From Cyclobacteriaceae bacterium (lineage in GTDB: Bacteria > Bacteroidota > Bacteroidia > Cytophagales > Cyclobacteriaceae), in assembly GCA_958296015.1 (NCBI GenBank), contig CATQIH010000032.1:85795-149794 (forward strand): a stretch of 64,000 nt of DNA, read 5' to 3'. Below the pieces are notes generated by a model that had not been told where the DNA came from, searched no databases, and saw nothing but the letters and a program-made list of their open reading frames with translations. Shown one piece after another: positions 28,228-37,508 of the stretch; within the stretch, counting starts at the first letter, position 1; each line of letters opens with the position of its first letter. Both the position numbers and the translations under genes were made by a program.

Positions 28228-29349
28228 ATGATGAAAATTGAAAGTATTAACCAATGGAATGTACACGCTTCTCGGCCGCTAATCATGGCAGGCCCTTGCA
28301 GCGCAGAAACGGAAGAGCAACTTTATGAAACCACCAAAGCAATCAAAGCGCAGGGTGTTTCGTTGATCCGGGCAGGTGTATGGAAGCCCCGCACACGTCC
28401 TGGCTCCTTTGAAGGCATAGGCCAGCAGGCACTGCAATGGATTCAGGATATCAAGAAAGAACTCAATGTGCAGTTTGCCGTGGAAGTGGCCAACGCCATG
28501 CATGTGGAAGAAGCTTTGCACTATGGCATAGATGTGCTGTGGGTTGGTGCCCGTAGCACCGTCAGTCCGTTTATTGTACAGGAAATTGCTGACGCGCTGA
28601 AAGGCTGCGACGTGCCCGTGCTGGTCAAGAACCCAATTAATCCTGATCTGGCGTTGTGGATTGGTGCTTTTGAGCGGCTTGCGCAGGCCGGACTTACCAA
28701 GCTGGGTGCCATTCACCGGGGTTTTTCTACCTATCAGAAAACCCGCTTCCGCAATGTGCCCATGTGGCAGTTGCCGATCGAGCTGAAGCGCCAGATGCCC
28801 GAATTGCCGATCATCTGCGACCCCAGTCACATTACCGGTAAGCGCGACATGGTAGCCGAAATATCGCAGGTGGCGATGGACCTTAACTTCGACGGTCTGA
28901 TCATTGAGACGCATCGCGATCCAGAGAATGCCTGGAGCGATGCCAGCCAGCAGATCACCCCGGCAGTATTGGGTGAATTGATCAAAAACCTACAGATCAG
29001 AAACCCTTCTTCGCTGGACATAGAATATATTACGCACCTGGAAGACCTGAGAACGCAGATAGACCACGCCGACCGCGAGATGATGGAGATCATCTCCAGC
29101 CGTATGGACATGGTGGCGCAGATCGGTGAGTGGAAAAAGAAAAACAATGTAGCTGCCTTCCAGCTCGACCGGTGGAACGAAGTATTTGACAGCCGTAAGT
29201 CGTGGGGCGAGTCGCTGAACCTGCGGAAGAAATTCGTGGTAGAGCTTTTCAACCTGCTGCATGTAGAGTCTATCCACAAACAAACCGAAGTGATGGATAA
29301 TGCTGAAAGTGAGAACGAAACAGAGTCAGGATTGAAGATCAATAAGTAG
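28228..29349 (+). CDS. bifunctional DAHP synthase (class I-beta) / chorismate mutase
   Basis: AGPCSAE, WKPRT, GARST, CDPSH, C-terminal LRTQID..D..M.EIISSRM chorismate mutase domain. Confidence 0.92.
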   Translation: MMKIESINQWNVHASRPLIMAGPCSAETEEQLYETTKAIKAQGVSLIRAGVWKPRTRPGSFEGIGQQALQWIQDIKKELNVQFAVEVANAMHVEEALHYGIDVLWVGARSTVSPFIVQEIADALKGCDVPVLVKNPINPDLALWIGAFERLAQAGLTKLGAIHRGFSTYQKTRFRNVPMWQLPIELKRQMPELPIICDPSHITGKRDMVAEISQVAMDLNFDGLIIETHRDPENAWSDASQQITPAVLGELIKNLQIRNPSSLDIEYITHLEDLRTQIDHADREMMEIISSRMDMVAQIGEWKKKNNVAAFQLDRWNEVFDSRKSWGESLNLRKKFVVELFNLLHVESIHKQTEVMDNAESENETESGLKINK

Positions 29350-29506
29350 CAGTACTCCTGTTACTTCCGAACACTGGCTTCAGTTATGATACTGAAGCCA
29401 GAATTGGATGCTGATGTATGATAGTTTTTAATAGATAAGCATTCATAACAACAAGATCTCCGCACTCTAACACATTAACATATCAGCACATTAACACTAT
29501 CCTACA

Positions 29507-30550
29507 ATGCCTGCCGAAAACGTCATCATCACAGAAACCCTGGACGAAAGTCTGCAACAGTTCTTTACACAGCATACTTTTAGCCAGATAGGTGTGCTGG
29601 CAGATGAAAACACCCTGCGCGATTGTTATCCGCTAGTGCAATCGCTGCTGCCAACGCATACACTGCATGAGATACGCAGCGGAGAGATTCATAAGAACTT
29701 ACAAACGTGCGAGGGCATCTGGGACTGGCTTACCCAGCAATGCCTCGACCGCAAAGCACTGCTGATCAACCTGGGGGGCGGCGTAATTGGCGATATGGGC
29801 GGCTTTTGCGCAGGCACATACAAGCGGGGCATACGCTTTGTAAACCTGCCTACCACGCTGCTCTCGCAGGTAGATGCCTCGGTAGGCGGCAAGCTGGGCA
29901 TTGATTTCCGTGGCTACAAAAACCATATCGGCATCTTCCAGGAACCTTTGGAAGTCATCATCTATCCCGGCTTTCTCAAAACCCTTCCACAGCGTGAATT
30001 ACGCTCAGGATTTGCCGAAGTGATCAAACACTGTCTGATCGCCGATGCTGATTACTGGCCGCGCGTATCGCAACATACCCTGGAAGAGCAGCCTTGGTTG
30101 GATCATATCCATCATTCTGTCAGAATAAAGTCTGCCATCGTAGACCAGGACTTCCGCGAGAGCGGGCTGCGGAAGATATTGAACTTCGGACATACCATTG
30201 GTCATGCGGTAGAAAGTTTTTATTTGGAAACGGCTACGCCCCTGCTGCATGGTGAAGCTATCGCCATTGGCATGATCTGCGAGAGCTATCTTTCTGAAAA
30301 ATACTGTGATATGCCTTCTGAGGAAGTTAAAGAGGTAGAGGCTTTCATCCTGCAAATCTTTGGGCATACGGATATTGATGCTGAAAAGATAGAGGCCATT
30401 GCTCCTATGGCTTTACAGGACAAAAAGAACGAAAACAACCTGATTCAGTGCTCCTTGCTAGATCAGATAGGCAAAGCCACCTACGATATACCAGTTCAAG
30501 TAGAAGACATCCGTGAGGCTTTGTTACAATACAAAAAAAGGTTGGTCTGA
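29507..30550 (+). CDS. aroB: 3-dehydroquinate synthase
   Basis: GGGVIGDMGGF, PTTLLSQVDASVGGK, LNFGHTIGHAVE. Confidence 0.96.
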   Translation: MPAENVIITETLDESLQQFFTQHTFSQIGVLADENTLRDCYPLVQSLLPTHTLHEIRSGEIHKNLQTCEGIWDWLTQQCLDRKALLINLGGGVIGDMGGFCAGTYKRGIRFVNLPTTLLSQVDASVGGKLGIDFRGYKNHIGIFQEPLEVIIYPGFLKTLPQRELRSGFAEVIKHCLIADADYWPRVSQHTLEEQPWLDHIHHSVRIKSAIVDQDFRESGLRKILNFGHTIGHAVESFYLETATPLLHGEAIAIGMICESYLSEKYCDMPSEEVKEVEAFILQIFGHTDIDAEKIEAIAPMALQDKKNENNLIQCSLLDQIGKATYDIPVQVEDIREALLQYKKRLV

Positions 30551-30582
30551 TCAGCCAACCTCTTGCTCAGGGTATGCCCCTA

Positions 30583-30804
30583 AAGGTCTGTGAGACATAG
30601 ACCTTGGATAATGTATAGGACACTTACGGTACATTTCCGGTTTGTGCCGCCGTGGCCCGGTCCCACAAACCGGAGTATGGAAGCCGTGGGCTGTGCGGGG
30701 CACCCCCGTGCCGGACGGTCCGCCGCGCGGTCGGCTCGTGCCGCCGTGGCCCGGTCCCACAGCCCACTTTCGGGCAAATGTACTGTAGTATAATAGGACA
30801 CTTA
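30583..30804. repeat. composite GC-rich palindromic element (family B), MITE-like, with 12 bp direct repeats
   Basis: ATAGGACACTTA at 30615-30626 and 30793-30804; inner IR TACGGTACATTT/AAATGTACTGTA; two copies of GTGCCGCCGTGGCCCGGTCCCACA. Confidence 0.8.
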
Positions 30805-31053
30805 TTTTTCAGGGCCTCTGGCAGCTTCTTTGCTGATCTTTTCCAGTTCTTCCAGGGCTTCGTCTACTACGTCTTTGAGCTTTTCGGCACTAGATTCCCA
30901 GGCATCTTCCAGATCATAGAGCACGTCGTTGGCGGTCTTGCTGAGTTTGGTTCTTACCTTATTGCCGCTTTCTGGGGCCAGCAACAAACCGGCCAGCGTT
31001 CCGGCAGCGGCCCCCATCAAAAATGCAGCGAATGTTTTACCTGTATTGTCCAT
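30802..31053 (-). CDS. YtxH domain protein
   Basis: FLMGAAAGTLAGLLLAPESG..VR motif. Confidence 0.88.
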   Translation of the reverse strand: MDNTGKTFAAFLMGAAAGTLAGLLLAPESGNKVRTKLSKTANDVLYDLEDAWESSAEKLKDVVDEALEELEKISKEAARGPEK

Positions 31054-31200
31054 GGTATTGGTTGTTAAAGTGAAAAAATAGGTTGAGATGGCTAATCTAA
31101 AAAAAATCGCGCAATTACTTATCCTACGTTGGCGATAAAAGTTTTTTATACAGATATTGGCAGTACTATATAGTCAGATTCAACCAATTATATCCGCATC

Positions 31201-32436
31201 GTGTCGAAGCAAGCTAAACTAACCCAACTTCTCACTCCTATTGCAGGAGAAATCCGCCCTTCTTCTTCCAAAAGTGAAAGCAATCGCGCCCTGATCATCC
31301 AGGCCCTCTCGGATAAACCAATCACCTTGCACAATCTTTCCCAGGCCCGCGACACACAAACCATGCAACGCCTGCTAACTTCTATCGAACCTGAACTCGA
31401 TGTACTGGATGCAGGTACTACCATGCGCTTTCTGGTGGCCTATTGTGCCGTAAAAAAGAGTGGTAAAGTAATCAAAGGCACCGAGCGGATGCACCAGCGC
31501 CCCATCAAAATACTGGTAGAAGCCCTGAAAGAGTTAGGTGCCAGCATAAAATATCTTCAAAACGAAGGCTTTCCCCCTGTACTGGTGCGTAGCTTTTCGT
31601 CAGCACAAAAGACAGATAGCATTCGGGTTCAGGGAGATGTCAGCAGCCAGTATATCTCAGCATTGCTGATGATTGCGCCTACTCTTGAACAGGGCCTGAC
31701 GCTGGAATTACTTGGCAGAATTGGTAGTCGCCCTTATATTAATATGACGCTTTCGCTCATGCAGCACTTTGGTGTGCAGCACCAGTGGCAAGGCAACCGC
31801 ATCCATATTGCCCCACAGGCTTATGGCTTAGGAGAATATACTATCGAGTCCGACTGGTCGGGTGCCAGTTATTGGTACAGTGTGGTGGCACTGGCAGAAC
31901 AGGCACAGATCAAGCTGCTGGGCTTGCGTCAGGATTCCTTTCAAGGAGATATTGCCATTGCAGACATCATGCGCCACCTGGGCGTAGCCTCTACCTTTGA
32001 GCCGGATGGGGTGGTGCTTAGCAAAAAAGCCACCGACGATGCATTTGCCTACGATTTTGCTGATTGCCCGGACCTTGCCCAAACAGTGGCTGCCGTATGC
32101 GCGGCCAAAGGGGTGACATGTACCATGATGGGTTTGGAAAGCCTGCGCATCAAAGAAACAGACCGTATTCGTGCATTGCAGGTGGAACTCGCCAAGGTTG
32201 GTGCTACCCTCGAAGAGCAGGGACAGCAGTGGATCCTCACACCGGGGCATATCTCTTCTCCCTCAAACCAGCCCATCGTGTTTGATACCTATGACGACCA
32301 CCGCATGGCGATGGCTCTGGCACCACTGGCTACCCGCATGGATGTGGTAATTCAGGAACCGGATGTGGTAAACAAATCCTACCCAAGCTACTGGCAAGAC
32401 CTGCAAAAGATTGGTTTTGACGTATCAATCAGCTAA
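31201..32436 (+). CDS. aroA: EPSP synthase
   Basis: SKSESNRAL, DAGTTMRFL, SSQYISALL, KETDRI, DDHRMAM. Confidence 0.96.
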   Translation: MSKQAKLTQLLTPIAGEIRPSSSKSESNRALIIQALSDKPITLHNLSQARDTQTMQRLLTSIEPELDVLDAGTTMRFLVAYCAVKKSGKVIKGTERMHQRPIKILVEALKELGASIKYLQNEGFPPVLVRSFSSAQKTDSIRVQGDVSSQYISALLMIAPTLEQGLTLELLGRIGSRPYINMTLSLMQHFGVQHQWQGNRIHIAPQAYGLGEYTIESDWSGASYWYSVVALAEQAQIKLLGLRQDSFQGDIAIADIMRHLGVASTFEPDGVVLSKKATDDAFAYDFADCPDLAQTVAAVCAAKGVTCTMMGLESLRIKETDRIRALQVELAKVGATLEEQGQQWILTPGHISSPSNQPIVFDTYDDHRMAMALAPLATRMDVVIQEPDVVNKSYPSYWQDLQKIGFDVSIS

Positions 32437-32577
32437 AGCCTGGCTGGCTACCAGGGGTTGACTACTGTCGGGGGTTGCGTGTTGGGTATAGGCAGGGCAG
32501 GTTTTATAGGAGCAGCCGAAGGCGGCTAACAGGCCAATGGAAAGGATTACGGCAACTGCGCTTTTCAAAGATTTCAT
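32425..32577 (-). CDS. small lipoprotein, 50 aa (below the ORF-track cutoff)
   Basis: MKSLKSAVAVILSIGLLAAFGCSYKTCPAYTQHATPDSSQPLVASQALAD*: basic n-region, hydrophobic h-region, lipobox Cys. Confidence 0.65.
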   Translation of the reverse strand: MKSLKSAVAVILSIGLLAAFGCSYKTCPAYTQHATPDSSQPLVASQALAD

Positions 32578-32751
32578 AAAACAAGTATTCTTTAGTTGAT
32601 CATCAGGTCAATGATAAAACGACACGGGGTTCGGGGTAGTACCTTTGCCGTGTGAAAAATGAAAAGTTTTTTAGAGAAAACAAACAGAAAGAACTTTCCA
32701 CCTATAGCTATCAGAGCGCGTAGAAAAATAATATACTATATCATGACCGCC

Positions 32752-32835
32752 ATGTGGGGTCTTGTGACCCGCCACATACTTTGATAGATGCAGAGCATAC
32801 TTCTAAACTCATCTGCGGGTCACAAGACTCGCAGA
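32752..32835. repeat. REPIN-like pair of inverted hairpins (family C)
   Basis: GTCTTGTGACCCGC at 32759 and its exact reverse complement GCGGGTCACAAGAC at 32816; each unit is itself a hairpin. Confidence 0.8.
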
Positions 32836-32921
32836 GGTAGTGTAGCGTTATATTTGTACATGTATATTAGACTTGTTAGCCTCTGTAAATCAAACAATTG
32901 CGAGATATGAGCTGTTTATAT

Positions 32922-34299
32922 CAGCAATTCTCACTTTGGCTATTCAAGCTGAATTCGGTTCAGTTCGGCAATATGAAAGAGCAGATTTTTCATTGAGAGG
33001 AAGGTTAAAATCTTGAAAGCAGCCCGGATGTTTTCCCACAGCTTGGCTTTGGTTTTCAGATTTTGCCAGAGCCTTCGGAAAAATGTACAGGCGTGCTGTT
33101 GAATTTGGTCTACGGTGAAGGCTAACATCATCAGCAAGGCGAATACTGAGCAAAGGTGTTGTTTGCCATGTCCATAATTGTGCTCAAAATTGTAGCCTTG
33201 GTTCTTGAGCGTATTGAAGGTTTCATTCTCTATCTTCCAGCGAGCGCGTCCCATGCGCATCACTTTCTCTACTTTAGTCAAACGGATGCTAGTTACCCAA
33301 GTAAAAGTCTGTTGCTTTCCCTTGGCAGAGACCTGTTCATAATAGAGCATATTGACTCGTAGATCACTGTTGCTACTATTGAGGGCCAAGCCGTTGGTAT
33401 AGCCAAAGCGATGGAGGCTACCGTCCTGTTCCCATTCACACCATTTAACTTGTCCGCGGCGGTCGCGCCCTTCAAACTGAGTGAAAAGTGTCTTGTTACC
33501 ATCAGGCTTAATCCCAATCACATATTGCCATTGCCCGGCGACCCGGTTCTCGTTCTGCATAATCTGCCGGATGATAGGGCCACAACTATACAGCGCATCC
33601 ATCACCCAAACCAGCCATTCTTTACCATGAGTAGCCTGCATGTTTTCCAGCAAGCGTTTAGCCGCATTGCGCTCGCAATCATTCTTGCTGGTTCCCTCTT
33701 GTGCTATGATAGGCTCGTTGTCCATCACAAAGACTTCTTTTTCCGCCGGATGCGCCAGCACCGCACTGAGCATAGCATCATGATAGCCGGTCTTGCCGTC
33801 TCTATGTTTTCTCTCTAAACAGCAAGGGCAATGAATACTCTCTGAACAGAAGTGTTCTACCCCATCCATACTTACGGTGAGGTGCCGCCCAAAATAGCGG
33901 TACTTATCTAAAATCTCCAGCTTGCGTATGCGTTTCCATAACTGCCAAAAGCCTGCTTGCAATGATTCGGGGGCTACGCTATCTAATCCTTTGCGTAGCC
34001 CGTTCTCTGAGGCGAAGGCCCCAATCTTATAGATGCTACTTAGATTGCTCTCTTCGGCTTTAGTGCGACCGACAAAGTTGAGCAACGAAGCACTTTTCAA
34101 AGAAAACATCGCAAAGCCCATTTTAAGTAGATCTGACAACGCATAGGAGGCATTCTCGCACCGGGCGTCTTTCACTTAGTTGAAGATTCCGCAGACTAAA
34201 GCGTACAAACTATCAAAGCTGCCTAGCTCTTCCAGTAATCTTGTTTTCATTCCCCAAAGCTAGCTGACTACTTCTGAATTTGCAAAGTGAGAATTGCTG
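32922..34299 (-). mobile_element. insertion sequence with DDE transposase (IS4-superfamily-like, family uncertain), 1378 bp
   Basis: Perfect 17 bp terminal IR CAGCAATTCTCACTTTG; GTTTAT on both flanks as a possible target duplication. Confidence 0.88.
32940..34250 (-). pseudogene. DDE transposase with a nonsense codon at position 25
   Basis: ATG 34250 MKTRLLEELGSFDSLYALVCGIFN* (TAA 34176-34178) is in frame with the 411 aa ORF carrying SMDG, MDALY and GRARWKIENETFNTLK motifs. Confidence 0.75.
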
Positions 34300-34471
34300 G
34301 GTTTATTAAATAAAATCTTCACCATAGGGGTTACCTTTCTATAGCAAGTCGTATATATAGGTACATAACACAAATAGTATTTATTCATACACCTGTTTTA
34401 GATCAGAAAACCTTCTTTGATAAAGAGGGTTTTTCTTTTTTACAGCTTCTCAACTGTAGTGAGGACCAAAC

Positions 34472-34505
34472 AAAAAAAGCCAACCGGAGACCCGGTTGAC
34501 TTTTT
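34472..34505 (-). terminator. rho-independent terminator after the acyl-CoA dehydrogenase gene
   Basis: CAACCGG/CCGGTTG stem with A7 and T5 tracts. Confidence 0.7.
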
Positions 34506-34527
34506 CTTTTATTTACCCTAATCTTCA

Positions 34528-36324
34528 TCAAAAGGCATAAACGTTTTTCTCAATAAGGTATTCAGCGATAGAGCGACGTAGTTCTTTTACATTGTATACA
34601 TCCGCCTTGGTAAACCGCTTTAATCCCATTAGCATTACTTTCTGCTCATCTCCCTTAGCAAAAGAGATGATTGCTTCTTTTCCTTTCTGTTGTACTTTTT
34701 CTACAGCCATGTAGAGATATAATTGTGCCATCGCTACCTGATGTTTTACAGGTTCCTCCCCTTTGATATCAACCAGTTTTTCTGTTCTTAGCAAGGTAGA
34801 CTCAGCAGCGTATACTTCTATCATCATATCGGCAATATTCATCAATATTTCCTGCTCATCATTCAATTTTGGTCCAAAATCCTGGGCAGCTTTACCGGCT
34901 ACCATCAATACGGCTTTTTTCAGGTTTTGCAGCACTTCTTTTTCTTTGGCAAAGAGTCCGCTCATATCTTTCTGGCTAAAATCAGGTACAGCCATCAACT
35001 CTTTGGCTACTGCCATGGCAGGACCCAGCAAGTTCAGTTCCCCTTTCATGGCCCGTTTGATAGCCATGCCTACCAATAGCATACGGTTGATCTCGTTGGT
35101 GCCTTCGTAAATTCTGGAAATACGGGCATCACGATACGCACGTTCCATAGGTGCTTCGGCAGAGAAGCCCATTCCACCATATATCTGCACACCTTCGTCC
35201 ACGCAATAGTCCAGTACTTCAGAACCGTGTACTTTCAGCATGGCACATTCTACGGCAAACTGCTCTACACCTTTGAGTTTGGCAGCCGCTTCCGGCATAC
35301 CGCTATCGATCAGGCTTTGAATACTATCTTCAATATTCTGACCGGCACGATAGCAGGCAGATTCTGTAGCATAGATTTTAGTCGCCATATCAGCCAGTTT
35401 CTGCTTAATAGCACCAAAACTAGAGATAGCCACACCAAACTGCTTTCTTTCGTTGGCATAGCGCACGGCGTTTGTCACGGTTTCTTTACATCCGCCAATG
35501 ACACCGGCACCTAACTTGATCCTGCCTATGTTCAGAATATTAACGGCGATTTTGAAGCCATTGCCCCGCTCGGAAAGCATGTTTTCTACCGGCACTTTGG
35601 TATCGTTGAAGAATACCTGCCGGGTAGAAGAACCTTTGATGCCCAGCTTTTTTTCTTCCTCGTTCATAGTGATGCCACCGAAAGATTTTTCGACGATGAA
35701 CGCTGAGAGGTTTTTATCGTCTCCGACTTTGGCAAAGACAATGAATAAATCGGCAAAGCCGCCATTGGAAATCCACATTTTCTGGCCGGTAATATCATAA
35801 AATTTACCGTCGGCAGACAGCACCGCTTTGGTCTTGCCAGAGTTGGCATCCGAACCAGCATCGGGTTCTGTGAGGCAATAGCAGGCTTTCCATTCCCCTG
35901 TAGCAAGTTTGGGCAGATACTTTTGTTTTTGCTCTTCAGTGCCATAGTATAGAATAGGCAGCGTACCGATTCCGGTATGTGCGCCAAAGGCAGTGGAGAA
36001 TGAACCGGCAGAACCGATCACATCAGCAATCAGCATAGAGGTGTTAAAACTCATGCCCATGCCCCCATATGCTTCCGGAATGGCAATGCCCAGTAGTCCA
36101 AGGTCACCGGCTTTATCAAGCAACGCAGGCATAAACCCCGGCTCCATACTATCCATACGCGCTATATTGGGTGTGATTTCCTTATCTATAAAATCCTGTG
36201 TAGCCTGCGCCATCATACGCTGTTCTTCGCTGAACTCTTCGGGAATAAACACGTCCTGGGCAGGTGTTTCTCTGATCAAAAATTCTCCTCCCTGGATAGC
36301 CTGCGATTTAGTTGCTGTTTCCAT
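34528..36324 (-). CDS. acyl-CoA dehydrogenase family protein (long form)
   Basis: CLTEPDAGSD, GQKMWISNG, QIYGGMG, RIYEGTNEINR. Confidence 0.95.
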   Translation of the reverse strand: METATKSQAIQGGEFLIRETPAQDVFIPEEFSEEQRMMAQATQDFIDKEITPNIARMDSMEPGFMPALLDKAGDLGLLGIAIPEAYGGMGMSFNTSMLIADVIGSAGSFSTAFGAHTGIGTLPILYYGTEEQKQKYLPKLATGEWKACYCLTEPDAGSDANSGKTKAVLSADGKFYDITGQKMWISNGGFADLFIVFAKVGDDKNLSAFIVEKSFGGITMNEEEKKLGIKGSSTRQVFFNDTKVPVENMLSERGNGFKIAVNILNIGRIKLGAGVIGGCKETVTNAVRYANERKQFGVAISSFGAIKQKLADMATKIYATESACYRAGQNIEDSIQSLIDSGMPEAAAKLKGVEQFAVECAMLKVHGSEVLDYCVDEGVQIYGGMGFSAEAPMERAYRDARISRIYEGTNEINRMLLVGMAIKRAMKGELNLLGPAMAVAKELMAVPDFSQKDMSGLFAKEKEVLQNLKKAVLMVAGKAAQDFGPKLNDEQEILMNIADMMIEVYAAESTLLRTEKLVDIKGEEPVKHQVAMAQLYLYMAVEKVQQKGKEAIISFAKGDEQKVMLMGLKRFTKADVYNVKELRRSIAEYLIEKNVYAF

Positions 36325-36420
36325 GATTGTATATGCTTGGTTAATTTTTCAAAATAGTGATTTAAAAGAAAGCAAATTTATTAAGCATGCCTAACAAATA
36401 TACACATTGATCGGTAAAAT

Positions 36421-36437
36421 AGTATGCATGCATAACT
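36421..36437. promoter_or_regulatory. palindromic operator-like site upstream of the acyl-CoA dehydrogenase gene
   Basis: AGTATGCATGCATAACT, with perfect 12 bp core TATGCATGCATA, in a divergent intergenic region. Confidence 0.4.
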
Positions 36438-36567
36438 TATTTTTTATGATCTGCGTCATCACCTGCCGAAAATAAGTCGTAACATATTGGCCGCAAGCTC
36501 GTTACCTGAAAAATCGTATTGGCATTGTATGATGCTTTACAGTGCAGCCCTTTACCAAACTACCTAT

Positions 36568-37497
36568 ATGCGTAATAAAGAAGAGATACCTAATGATAGT
36601 GATATCAGAACCAGAGAAGAAGAGGCTGATCGGAAAAAAAGCCAGGAAAATCAAAAGCCACATCAGGAAGAATCCAAACATGACCATGAAGATGCTGAAG
36701 AGTTGGTAAGGCCCCGCGAAGGCAACCAGATATTGAAAGAACAGATCAGAACAGCACTTACAGAATACAGAAGGCACGACAAGGCACTGTTTCTCTCCTC
36801 GTTTTCCGGGGGCTTGGAAATAGGCTTTAGCGTATTGCTGATGGGTACGCTATATACCTTGTTCAGCGACCAAATATCACCGGCGGGTATGACGCTAATG
36901 TTAGGCTTTGCTTATAGTATAGGCTTTATCTTTGTAATTCTGGGCCGTTCGGAGCTGTTTACGGAGCATACCACGCTGGCTGTACTCCCTGTGCTCAATG
37001 GGTCTGTTGGTATCATGCATCTGCTGGAGCTTTGGGGTATTATTTATGCCGGCAATCTACTAGGCGGTTATTTATTTGGCTTCATTCTCTCCAGAATGGG
37101 TCCTGCTATGGGTTTTGCCAGTGTGGAAGCATTTGAGTATATCGCCACACACATGGTAGATTATGACGGATGGATTATACTTGGCAGCGGTATTTTTGCC
37201 GGATGGCTGATGGGCCTGCTCTCCTGGCTTGTCACCTCCTCTAAAGATACCATCAGCCGGATTTTTATGATTATCCTAGTGACTACCGTCATTGGAATTG
37301 CGGGCTTGCACCACTCTATTGTTGGGTCTATTGAAGTATTTACGGGATTTTTGGTTTCAGGAAAGGTTAGTTTTACAGATTATCTGCACTTTCAGGGATG
37401 GACTACCCTGGGCAATATTCTTGGCGGAACTGTTTTTGTAGCAGTCATCAAATTTAGTCATTTGGGTAATGAAATATTTATCAGGTCTGATGACTAA
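36568..37497 (+). CDS. formate/nitrite transporter family protein
   Basis: GRSELFTEHT, HHSIVGSIE, GNILGG motifs; start set to ATG 36568. Confidence 0.88.
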   Translation: MRNKEEIPNDSDIRTREEEADRKKSQENQKPHQEESKHDHEDAEELVRPREGNQILKEQIRTALTEYRRHDKALFLSSFSGGLEIGFSVLLMGTLYTLFSDQISPAGMTLMLGFAYSIGFIFVILGRSELFTEHTTLAVLPVLNGSVGIMHLLELWGIIYAGNLLGGYLFGFILSRMGPAMGFASVEAFEYIATHMVDYDGWIILGSGIFAGWLMGLLSWLVTSSKDTISRIFMIILVTTVIGIAGLHHSIVGSIEVFTGFLVSGKVSFTDYLHFQGWTTLGNILGGTVFVAVIKFSHLGNEIFIRSDD

Positions 37498-37508
37498 TTC
37501 CTTTATTG

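Noticed and set aside
30551-31068. Four overlapping short ORFs (30551-30760, 30580-30801, 30590-30793, 30652-31068)
   Set aside because: They are translations of the GC-rich palindromic element or antisense of ytxH.
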